A DNA stretch of 64,000 bases from Bacteroidia bacterium (GTDB lineage: Bacteria; Bacteroidota; Bacteroidia; Bacteroidales; GWF2-35-48). Every line of letters starts with the position of its first letter. The first letter of the stretch is position 1. The notes under the pieces were generated by a model, which searched no databases, was not told the origin of the DNA, and worked only from the letters and a program-made list of their open reading frames with translations. The stretch is taken from positions 912-64,911 of the forward strand of contig JACREX010000210.1 of assembly GCA_016212695.1 (NCBI GenBank), read 5' to 3'. Positions 29,357-38,317 of the stretch are shown here, piece by piece. The translations under genes and the position numbers were made by a program.

Positions 29357-29698
29357 ATGAAGGATTTCGGATATACCATAAACAAAGACCGGCAGATTAA
29401 TTTTGACCGTACCGATAAGTGGATCTATGAATACCTGAAGAAACATGAACCCTCATTCAAATTATGCATCGGTTGCGGAACCTGCACAGCTACCTGCTCT
29501 TCCGGTAATTTTACGGATTTTAATTTGCGCAGGCTCTTTACATTAATTCACCGGGGATATAAATTAGACATGAAAGACGAGATCACTAAATGCATGTTGT
29601 GCGGCAAATGCATCATGGTATGTCCGCGCGGCGTGAATACAAGAAATATTATTTTGAAAATAAACGAAGTAATTGAAAATAGAAAACGGAAGAAGTAA
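29357..29698 (+). CDS. Small 2x[4Fe-4S]-type ferredoxin-like protein
   Basis: CIGCGTCTATC and CMLCGKCIMVCPRG motifs. 113 aa. Confidence 0.6.
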   Translation: MKDFGYTINKDRQINFDRTDKWIYEYLKKHEPSFKLCIGCGTCTATCSSGNFTDFNLRRLFTLIHRGYKLDMKDEITKCMLCGKCIMVCPRGVNTRNIILKINEVIENRKRKK

Positions 29699-29746
29699 CA
29701 CGTAACGATTCAAGTATTTTGTTATTAAATTTCAAATTATTTTTTA

Positions 29747-29809
29747 AACGCAGAGTTGCTGAGTCGCTGAGAAAAAATGTATCGCTCTGCGTCTCTGCAC
29801 CTCAGCGTT
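29747..29809. repeat. Imperfect ~25-bp-arm palindromic element between the ferredoxin gene and the membrane Fe-S gene
   Basis: AACGCAGAGTTGCTGAGTCGCTGAG ... CTCTGCGTCTCTGCACCTCAGCGTT. The arms pair with about 5 mismatches, judged by eye. Confidence 0.5.
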
Positions 29810-29865
29810 GAATATTAAAATATAAAGTACAAATAATAAATGATAAAACTTGGATAACCAGAACA

Positions 29866-31668
29866 ATGAATTTTGATCCCTTTGTCATACCGTTTCTTAC
29901 AGGCTTATCTTTTCTATGTGCAGTCCTGATTTTCAAATATGCCAAATGGTTTATCAAACTGTCCCGCGAGCATAAGTTTAAATTATTGAAATGGATTTTC
30001 AGCCACAAAATAATACTTGCGTTGAAAGAGATTTTTCTCGAAAGCCTGTTGCACAGAAAAATTTTCAGGCGCAATTTTGTTTTGGGCTATATGCATGCAA
30101 GCATTGCTCTGGGTTGGCTGTTGCTGATAATTGCCGGCAACCTGGAAACAAAACTTCATAGCAGCAAGTTTTTTAACATGCCATATGATCCTGTTTTTCT
30201 TAAATTTTTTGTTCATGAAAGAAGCGGTATTCCCATCGCAGCATTCTATACTTTTGTCATGGATTTTTTATTACTGATTATTCTCATAGGCATAGGCCTG
30301 GCTGTTTTTAAGCGATTCCGGTCCATGCTGTTCGGTTTAAAACGAACCACCCGTTTAAAGTCTTTTGATAAAATTGCGCGGTATTCGATATGGCTGATTT
30401 TTCCTTTGCGTTTTCTTGCAGAAAGTTTTACTTCAGGCCAATATAATACAGGCGGCTTTTTAACGGGTACGGCCGGTCATTTTTTCGCTGCCGTGTTACC
30501 GGTAGATTATCTTTCTTATCCGGTATGGTGGGGATATTCGATCATGCTCTGTATGTTTTTTATTGCCCTGCCATTTTCAAGATATATGCATATTCCTACA
30601 GAAGTTGCGCTGATCATGCTCCGGAATTTTGGTATAAAAACAAACAAGATATACGACGGCATCACGGAATTTGAAGTGAACTCCTGCCCGCGTTGCGGCA
30701 TCTGCATAGATGTGTGCCAGTTGAACGAAGTGCAGGCAAGCGATATACAGGCCGTATATTTTATTCAGTCGTCGCGCGAAAATAAAAAAGACGAACGGAA
30801 AGCGTTTAACTGTCTGCTGTGCGGCCGTTGCGAAAACGTGTGCCCGGTAGGAATTGAAGTGAATGCCATACGGATTACAAAACGGAAACAATTGGTATTC
30901 GATAACAAAAATGCTTTTAATTTTCTTACGAATGGAAGTACGGAAAAAGCCGATGTGATTTACTATGCGGGGTGTATGACCCACCTCACTCCGGCTGTGA
31001 AAAGTTCTATGTGCAGAATTCTCGATGAGGCCAACGTGAATTATCTGTTCCTGGATAAGGACGGCTCTGTTTGTTGCGGACGTCCGCTTTTAATGGCAGG
31101 CAAAATCGAAGCCGCATTGAGCCTCGTTGAAAAAAATAAAAAGAAAATTCTTGAGAGCGGCGCTAAAACTCTAGTAACTTCATGCCCTATCTGTTATAAA
31201 ATATTTCGTGAAGAGTATAAGCTTCCTATTGAAGCGCTTCATCATTCCCAGTATATTTTACGGCTTGTTCGGGAGAAAAAAATTACTCTGTCAAATTCGC
31301 AGCAATGTGTCGTATATCATGATCCCTGCGAACTGGGAAGAGGCTGCGGTATCTATGATGAGCCCAGGGAAATTTTATCCCGGACTTCACAGTTGGTACC
31401 CATGAAGAATGAGAAAAATAATTCCTGGTGTTGCGGCGGAAGCCTCGGAGATTTTAAATTGTCTGCCGAGCAAAAATCGGAGATTACGCGGGACGTTCTT
31501 ATGGAGTTTATGGCTTATTCACCGGAAATTATTGCCACTGCCTGCCCTCTTTGTAAAAAGACCTTTGCAAAATATGGTAATGCAAAAATTCAGGATATTG
31601 CAGAAATCGTTTTAGCCTCGATTTTAAAAGAAAAGGTTACTGAAAAAAAAGTTGAAGTATTGCAATAA
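29866..31668 (+). CDS. Fused membrane (NarI/DsrM-like, ~6 TM) + 4Fe-4S + CCG-domain (DsrK/HdrD-like) protein
   Basis: TM segments in the N-terminal ~250 aa, with conserved His residues (GYMHASIALGW, SRYMHIPTE). CPRCGICIDVC and CLLCGRCENVCP. CCG motifs CCGRPL...CPICYK and HDPCELGR...CCGGS...CPLCKK. Confidence 0.65.
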   Translation: MNFDPFVIPFLTGLSFLCAVLIFKYAKWFIKLSREHKFKLLKWIFSHKIILALKEIFLESLLHRKIFRRNFVLGYMHASIALGWLLLIIAGNLETKLHSSKFFNMPYDPVFLKFFVHERSGIPIAAFYTFVMDFLLLIILIGIGLAVFKRFRSMLFGLKRTTRLKSFDKIARYSIWLIFPLRFLAESFTSGQYNTGGFLTGTAGHFFAAVLPVDYLSYPVWWGYSIMLCMFFIALPFSRYMHIPTEVALIMLRNFGIKTNKIYDGITEFEVNSCPRCGICIDVCQLNEVQASDIQAVYFIQSSRENKKDERKAFNCLLCGRCENVCPVGIEVNAIRITKRKQLVFDNKNAFNFLTNGSTEKADVIYYAGCMTHLTPAVKSSMCRILDEANVNYLFLDKDGSVCCGRPLLMAGKIEAALSLVEKNKKKILESGAKTLVTSCPICYKIFREEYKLPIEALHHSQYILRLVREKKITLSNSQQCVVYHDPCELGRGCGIYDEPREILSRTSQLVPMKNEKNNSWCCGGSLGDFKLSAEQKSEITRDVLMEFMAYSPEIIATACPLCKKTFAKYGNAKIQDIAEIVLASILKEKVTEKKVEVLQ

Positions 31669-31762
31669 CGGGCCCGTGGTTAGCACAGTTTTGTTACATT
31701 ATTTTTATAGCGCATTTTTTCTGTCAACGGTATTCTACCAGTTGCCTGTGTGGTTAATATTT

Positions 31763-34498
31763 TCAAATGGCAATTTTATTGTCGTACAAATAGGGTTGGA
31801 AGCCAATAAATGTATTTCTGATTGAAGTAATATCGCCAAGTTCCTTTTTAGCATCAGTAATCGCACTATATTTTAATTCAAGCAGATTTGGTAACTTTTC
31901 ATCGTCTAATTCTTCAACACCTGAATTGACATATTGTTTTAAAACAAAATCAAGAAATATCTGTTGTTTTGAATCGTAATTATTAAAATGAATCTTTACT
32001 TTTTCTGCTCTTGCTGACCTTTCGAGCGGAATAGAACTGAAAGCAACATAAGCCAAAACGTCGAATAAATCGCTTTTTTCTGCATGAATCATTTTTTGTA
32101 GATCATTCAACTGGCTTTTTGAAATCCCTTTTTCGTTCAATTCTACAAGCAATTTTTTTCTTGTATCTGGCTTGCTCCAAATTTTCCGTAATTCATCTTC
32201 GTTCTTGAAAAATTCGGGAAGCGTACCAAATAGATTTTGTAAAAATTCTTCGGCGGAAATAGGCTTGCCATCAGGACTCCAAAATGAAGTTTTTACGATA
32301 TGCTGAAACTCTCTAACTTTACCATCGGGTAATTTAACTTTTATCATCTTTTTGGGTGAGTCTGATTCTTCAACGGTTTTACCGGGATCAACAGGATCGG
32401 AATACGGTTTCGGATTTTTTACGGTTGGCATTTCCGGTTCTAATGGTTCTCCGTCCCATTCAGGATCGCTGAAATTATAATGTGCTTTTACGAAGTCGTA
32501 AATTGTAAAATAATCTTTGCCGTCGTAAAGACGAGTACCACGACCAATGATTTGTTTAAACTCAATTAATTGTTTGACCGGACGAAGCAAAACAATATTT
32601 TTTACTTCCGGCGTATCAACGCCTGTACTTAATTTTTGAGAAGTAGTAAGAATGGTCGGTATAATTTTTTCGTTGTCTTGAAATTCGCTCAAATGTTGCT
32701 CGCCAAGTTTGCCATCGTCTGCTGTTACCCTATGGCAATAATTCGGATTTTTACTATCGGCAAACTGGTTTACCAAATCCCTGATTGCAAGGGCATGAAG
32801 CTGAGAGGCACAAAAAACCAGAGTTTTTTCATCCTGATTTATCATGCCCATAAATAATTTTACCCTGTATTCTTCACGCTGACGAATTTCGATTACCCGG
32901 TTCATGTCTTCTTCGGTGTAGCGTTTTCCTTCTTCGATTTCGCCTTCAATAACGGTATCGTCTGAGGTGTAAATATATTCGTCAATAGTTGTGTCAATTT
33001 GCCTGACTTTGAACGGCGTTAAAAAACCATCGTTGATGCCTTGTTTTAAAGAATAAATATAAACGGGTTCGCCAAAATATTTGTATGTATCAATGTTCTG
33101 TTTTCTCTTTGGAGTTGCTGTTAAACCTAACTGAACGGCAGGGCTGAAATATTCCATAATATCACGCCATGCGCTTTCGTCGTTTGCTCCTCCTCTGTGG
33201 CATTCGTCAATAATGATGAAGTCGAAAAAGTCGGGCGGATACTCGCCAAAATATGGTTCGACAAGCTCACCATAATATGGTTCTGTAAGCTCACCAACCT
33301 TTGGCTCTTGTTTAGATTTGTTTTTTGCTAGCTTTTTTAAAAGGTCAAAATCTTTTTTTATTAATGCAATTTTCTTTGCCCTGCTCCATTTTTGAACTTG
33401 TTTTTCTCTATCAAAAGCAAAGTCTATTCTGTCAAATGTTTCGAAGTAAACTAATTTTAATGGCAGATTATTTCTTGTAAACTCTGCCCCTTCGCCATTT
33501 TTATGTTGTTCTAACCTCAATTTTAAATTTTTTGTGCTACCTATATAAAAACTTCCATTTGAACATTCCAAAATATACATGTATCCATTTGCATTTTTGA
33601 TATGTTTTATTTCATCAAATTCTATATTGGAATAATCCTCCGAATTTTGGGTGGTGGGTGAGCTTGTCGAACCCCCACACATGAAAGTTTGAAATATGGT
33701 GAAAAATATATTCCCGTTTGTCGGTACTTTCCCTTTCTTCTTAATATCGGCAGGATTTATACGAACCAATGCATCTTCTGCAAAAGCAGCATATTCATTG
33801 AATTTGCCGAGCGCCTGATTTGCAAGTGTATTTCTGTCTGCCAGAAAAAGTATTCTTGGGCTACGGCTCCAATCGTTTTTTAAATTCCATTTGCTTTTAA
33901 AAAGTTTCCATGATATTTGAAAGGCAATATCAGTTTTTCCCGTGCCTGTAGCCAATGTTAAAAGAATACGATTTTTATTATTTGCAACTGCTTTTATAAC
34001 ATTAGAAACAGCAATTTCCTGATAATATCGGGGTGGTTTTGTGCCCCCTTTTGTTTCGTAAGGAATATTTAAAATGGTATCACAAAAACTTACTACGGAT
34101 TTGATTTCATTATCAAAGGTCATTTCCCAAAGCTCGTCAGGCGTAGGATATGCGACAACATCGCTTTCTTTGCCTTCGAGCATGTCTATGCAATAAATCT
34201 GCAAACCATTGGTGCTATATGTGAAACGAACCTGTAATTTTCCGGTATAATCTTTTGCCTGTGCAACTCCTTCGGTGTAATAGCTGTCTCGTTTTTTTGC
34301 TTCGATAACCGCTAAATTCCGATTGCGATATTGCAACACATAATCGGCTTTTTCCGGAACGCCACGCTGGCCATGACCGAGCAAACGACCTTTGGAAATA
34401 GGAAATTCCCTGCGGATTCGACTGCCTTCCACAACGCCCCATCCTGCTAATTTTAATGATGGGTCAATATATTCGGCTCTGGTTTAGGATTCGTTCAT
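31763..34498 (-). pseudogene. hsdR: Type I restriction enzyme R subunit (HsdR) with an in-frame GIY-YIG insertion; in-frame TAA at codon 5
   Basis: The upstream minus strand reads ATG AAC GAA TCC TAA ACC AGA GCC GAA TAT ATT GAC = MNES*TRAEYID, a canonical HsdR N-terminus. The ORF track restarts at GTG 34432. PD-(D/E)xK ADYVL...AVIEAKK, helicase motifs ATGTGKT and IIIDECHRGG, and QIIGRGTR are present. Confidence 0.75.
33338..33586 (-). other. GIY-YIG nuclease domain embedded between helicase motifs I/Ia and II of HsdR
   Basis: GYMYILECSNGSFYIGSTKNLKLRLEQHKNGEGAEFTRNNLPLKLVYFETFDRIDFAFDREKQVQKWSRAKK shows the GIY / YIG / R / E / N pattern of small UPF0213-type GIY-YIG proteins. Confidence 0.75.
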
Positions 34499-34909
34499 TT
34501 ATTGTTATCTATTGATTTATTGATTATTTTTCTACGCTCTATTCGTTCTTTAGCATCAATCAGCGCCTGATGTAATTTTTGCTCCAGTATGTTTTTGGGA
34601 GGCAATTCTACGCAAATTCTTTTCTTCAAAATTGCGACCGTATTTCTCCGTTAAATGTCGTGACAGCGTAACGACAATTTGTTTTCCATAGTCGGCTCTT
34701 TTATGTTGAAGTATGTGTTCGTTGATTCGTTGGCCTACTTGCCAGAAAAGCATATTTACAACACTATTGGCTAGTTTAACCACCTGATGCTGGCTTTGTT
34801 CTATCAGCAGCGACAAATCATTTAAAAGAGCCTGCCCGCTGTTCTCTGATTTATTATTTGCAATCAATTTCTTTTTCATTTTTAAATTGACTTTTGTTAA
34901 ACTTATCAT
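34495..34909 (-). pseudogene. DUF1016 (YhcG-like PD-(D/E)xK) gene remnant with an internal deletion
   Basis: The N-terminal ~105 aa look like DUF1016_N (FWQVGQRINEHIL...GRNFEEKNLRR). The frame then breaks. A second frame (34605-34495) encodes a typical family C-terminus, LPPKNILEQKLHQALIDAKERIE. Its TGA overlaps the hsdR ATG (ATGA). Confidence 0.6.
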
Positions 34910-34992
34910 TATGACACCGGCACCCTACCTATCACTGATTACCGAACGATTGCCGATAACCTGCAAACATAATTGATAACCAAAATAACCAT

Positions 34993-35820
34993 CTACAATT
35001 CACCATTAAAAGTTTTTTGCAATATACTTTGTTTCAATTCTTCCAAAGCTGTTAATTTCTGCTGATATTTTTCTTCTAACTTTTTTGTTTCGGTTTGTAG
35101 GGTATCGAGTTGATGGACGATTTTCTTTTGTTCTTCCAATGATTTTGGGAAAGAAATTATTAGTGGTTCGAAGCTATAATTATTGATTTGCGGAATTGTT
35201 GTGCCATTTGCAATATCTATTAAATTGAATTTTTTGAAATAGAAGAACAAAAACTCTGAATACATATTTGGTAAAGCAATTGCTCCCATAATATTCAAGT
35301 CCGCACAAATTGGTATATCAGTTATTCTTTTTTTGTTTGTTGCAATTGCACCTCCTCTTTTCGGAAAAATAATTGTACCTATGGGAAAAATATTCTTCTC
35401 ATTAATTTCATTTTTATTTACAAATCTGCTTGAAGTACTAACTCTATCTTCATTTCCTTCAAAGTTCATGTCAGCAACTTTTAAATAAGCTGTATCTCCA
35501 GATTCTTTTTCAAGTTTTTCGGAAATTGTAGTTCCGCTTTTGAGAGTACATACTTCTACTAACTTCTTCTCCACCCACCCATCACCTTTCCCTTCGGCTT
35601 TGCTCAGGGCAGGATTTGAAAAAATGTTATTCAGTTCACTTTGAAAAAGTTCTTTTGCATTGTTTAAATTCTGTTGTAAATTAGTTTTGGCTTGGTCAAT
35701 ATCTGTAAAGATTTCATTTAAAATGGAAACGATGCGTTGTTGCTCGGGAAGTGGAGGTATTGGAACAGAGATTGAATATACATCATTTCTATTTATTCCA
35801 GGTTTAACTCCTTTTGCCAA
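34993..35820 (-). pseudogene. hsdS: Type I specificity subunit (HsdS), 5'-truncated: central conserved region + one TRD + C-terminal conserved helix
   Basis: IPPLPEQQRIVSILNEIF... and ...EEQKKIVHQLD...LEELKQSILQKTFNGEL conserved coiled-coil regions. TTG start directly after an in-frame TGA. It abuts the 3' end of kup, and no hsdM is present. Confidence 0.6.
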
Positions 35821-35897
35821 CTTAGGTAAATCTAATTTTCACTTTCTGCTTTCTGCTACATTCAAAATTCGTATTTTATTCCAGTTGACAATATACA

Positions 35898-37847
35898 TCA
35901 ATCAAGCAGCCTGCTCATCTTGCTTTCCCTGCCTCTTGTAACAATCAGCGGTACTTTTTCAGTAACCACATTGCTGGTGTCGAGGCCGTATGCTTTTTCG
36001 TCGGAAATCCCTATATTCTTTAAAACATCATAGGAATCCATGATAAACTGTTCAATTACCGGGAACTCAAAGTCAAATCCCTGAACGCGGTCTATCAGGA
36101 CAAAACGGAAATCTCCGTGTATATCGTGTTTTTTTAACGAAGCGTATCGTGAGGAGATGTCAACTTCTTTATTAGTTACTAAGCCTTCTACAGCGTGACG
36201 GAAATATTGGTTTATCTTTGTGGGTACGCGGAACCCAATCTGAAAATCAATCCGGATGAGCGTTCCCGGGATCAGCGGCGTCACCCGGTAGGTCATGGTA
36301 TGCGGCTCGTCCGTCACATCTACATGAATCAGCCAGTAAACATCTGCACGTTTGGGATCTTTATTGATAATGGAATAAATAATTTTTGATTCCACTTCGT
36401 GGGTCACATTGGCGCGCGTGATATAAACAAGGTTAGTGGCATGTTTCGGAACAGTCTCATCCTGCTTCAGATCTTTCAACAGGTTGAAATATTTATCAAT
36501 ATTTATATATTCCGTAAACCTGTTTTTGATAGCCCTTCCTTTATACCAAACGAACATTATGAAAAACAGGATTCCAGCTATGAATAAAGTAACCCAACCG
36601 CCATGAATGAATTTAAACAGGTTTGCTATGAGGAATGAGATTTCAATAGTAAGGTAGGATAAAAGAAAAATGAATATGATAAACAGGGGTTTTCTTTTAA
36701 TATAAAGATAAAAAGTCATGAGCGTGGTGGTCATCAGCATGGTAATGGTGATAGCGAGGCCGTAGGCTGCCTCCATGTTAGACGACTCCCTGAGGAAAAG
36801 AATGACGCATATGCAGGCTATACACAGGAATTTATTCACGCTGGGAATATACATCTGGCCTTTGATAGAAGTGGGGTGGCTGATTTTTACACGCGGCCAG
36901 AAATTTAACAGGATTGCTTCATTGATAATGGTATATGAACCGCTGATCATAGCCTGGCTGGCTATAATAGCTGCTGCCGTAGAAATCAGTATTCCGGGTA
37001 AAAGGAACCATTGGGGCATGCTGGCAAAAAATGGATTAACATCTGCAGCAATGGGAATATTCTGCTGCTGTTGTAACAATATCCAGGCGCCTTGTCCGAG
37101 ATAATTCAGGATCAGCGTTGTTTTAACGTATATCCAGGATACCCGGATATTTCTATATCCACAGTGGCCCAGGTCCGAATAAAGCGCATCGGCTCCTGTT
37201 GTACAGAGAAATATAGCTCCAAGCAATAGAAAACCGCCCGGGTGATGAGCCAATAACTGGTAAGCGTAATAGGGATTGAATGCTTTTAGCACAACAGGAT
37301 TATGAATAATATGAGAAAACCCTAAAATACCAAGCATCAAAAACCAGAAAAACATAATTGGTCCAAAAGATTTCCCGAGGGAATTTGTTCCGAATTGCTG
37401 TATAAAAAATAAAACAAAAATGATCAGCAACGCAATTGGAAGCACTGGAATTCCGTCATTGATAAAGCGCAGACCTTCAACAGCAGAAACTACGGTAATA
37501 GCCGGAGTGATAATGCCGTCTGAGAGTAATGTGCAGCCTCCTATAATCGCAAAAATAAAGATCCATTTGAAATGACGGCGGATGAGGGCGTATAATGCAA
37601 AAATACCACCTTCCCCTTTGTTGTCCGCACGAAGTGTAATCAGAATATATTTTAAAGTGGTTTGAAGGGTAAGCGTCCAGATAATACACGACAATCCGCC
37701 CAACACAGTTTCATAGCTTGCTCCGCCGGATCCGTTTACAATAGCCCGGAATACATACAACGGAGACGTTCCTATATCTCCATAGACAATCCCAAGCGTG
37801 ATGATCACACCCATGAAACTCAACTTGGAAATTTTGGTCGTTTTCAT
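35898..37847 (-). CDS. kup: KUP/HAK/KT family potassium uptake transporter
   Basis: N-terminal GIVYGDIGTSPLYVF signature, about 12 TM segments and a cytoplasmic C-terminal domain. 649 aa. Confidence 0.85.
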   Translation of the reverse strand: MKTTKISKLSFMGVIITLGIVYGDIGTSPLYVFRAIVNGSGGASYETVLGGLSCIIWTLTLQTTLKYILITLRADNKGEGGIFALYALIRRHFKWIFIFAIIGGCTLLSDGIITPAITVVSAVEGLRFINDGIPVLPIALLIIFVLFFIQQFGTNSLGKSFGPIMFFWFLMLGILGFSHIIHNPVVLKAFNPYYAYQLLAHHPGGFLLLGAIFLCTTGADALYSDLGHCGYRNIRVSWIYVKTTLILNYLGQGAWILLQQQQNIPIAADVNPFFASMPQWFLLPGILISTAAAIIASQAMISGSYTIINEAILLNFWPRVKISHPTSIKGQMYIPSVNKFLCIACICVILFLRESSNMEAAYGLAITITMLMTTTLMTFYLYIKRKPLFIIFIFLLSYLTIEISFLIANLFKFIHGGWVTLFIAGILFFIMFVWYKGRAIKNRFTEYINIDKYFNLLKDLKQDETVPKHATNLVYITRANVTHEVESKIIYSIINKDPKRADVYWLIHVDVTDEPHTMTYRVTPLIPGTLIRIDFQIGFRVPTKINQYFRHAVEGLVTNKEVDISSRYASLKKHDIHGDFRFVLIDRVQGFDFEFPVIEQFIMDSYDVLKNIGISDEKAYGLDTSNVVTEKVPLIVTRGRESKMSRLLD

Positions 37848-38267
37848 AGTTGAAATAAAAAGGCGAATTTACTCGGAATAATGTTTCGTTATTCAAAAAA
37901 GCAGGGATATTTTTTATGGCGCTCTAAAATTTTGTAATTAGTACCCTATTTTTCAATTTCATATATTTCATATAATTTTTTGTCATTAAGAAATATTTTT
38001 TCATCACCTTTAAAATATCATTCATCATTTACCAAAAAAAAAATCAAATCATTGTTAACAGCAAATTGTTGAAAAATTGGTTAAAGCTGATTTAAAGGAG
38101 TTTTATTATTTATTATTTTTGATAAATAAATCAAGATTGGACACTATTTTTTTGACTGATAGCCTTGTATGATTTTTTTAATTTTTTACTGTTGATATTG
38201 TGTTAAAATTAAATTAATAAAAATCCAGAAACAAGTAGTATTTTCAAAATTCAAATTTTGAGCAAAA

Positions 38268-38275
38268 TATTTTTG
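38268..38275 (+). promoter_or_regulatory. Candidate -7 box TATTTTTG (TAnnTTTG) upstream of nrdJ
   Basis: Motif match 43 nt upstream of the ATG. No convincing -33 TTTG was seen. Confidence 0.3.
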
Positions 38276-38317
38276 TCTTGGTATCCGAAATATTAAACTC
38301 ATTAAAAAAAGTGAAAA

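Noticed and set aside
33224-33682. Is the GIY-YIG insert in HsdR an intein?
   Set aside because: There is no Cys/Ser at a plausible N-junction followed by intein blocks. There is no C-terminal His-Asn plus Cys/Ser/Thr junction and no Hint-domain motifs. The insert is only a GIY-YIG domain plus linkers.
37848-38317. Cobalamin riboswitch or NrdR boxes in the 470-bp AT-rich region upstream of the B12-dependent nrdJ
   Set aside because: No B12-box (GCCACTG-like core) or GC-rich helices are visible. Only isolated half-sites (ACACTAT near 38141, ATATTGTGT near 38194) resemble NrdR boxes. They are about 46 bp apart and are not 16-bp palindromes.
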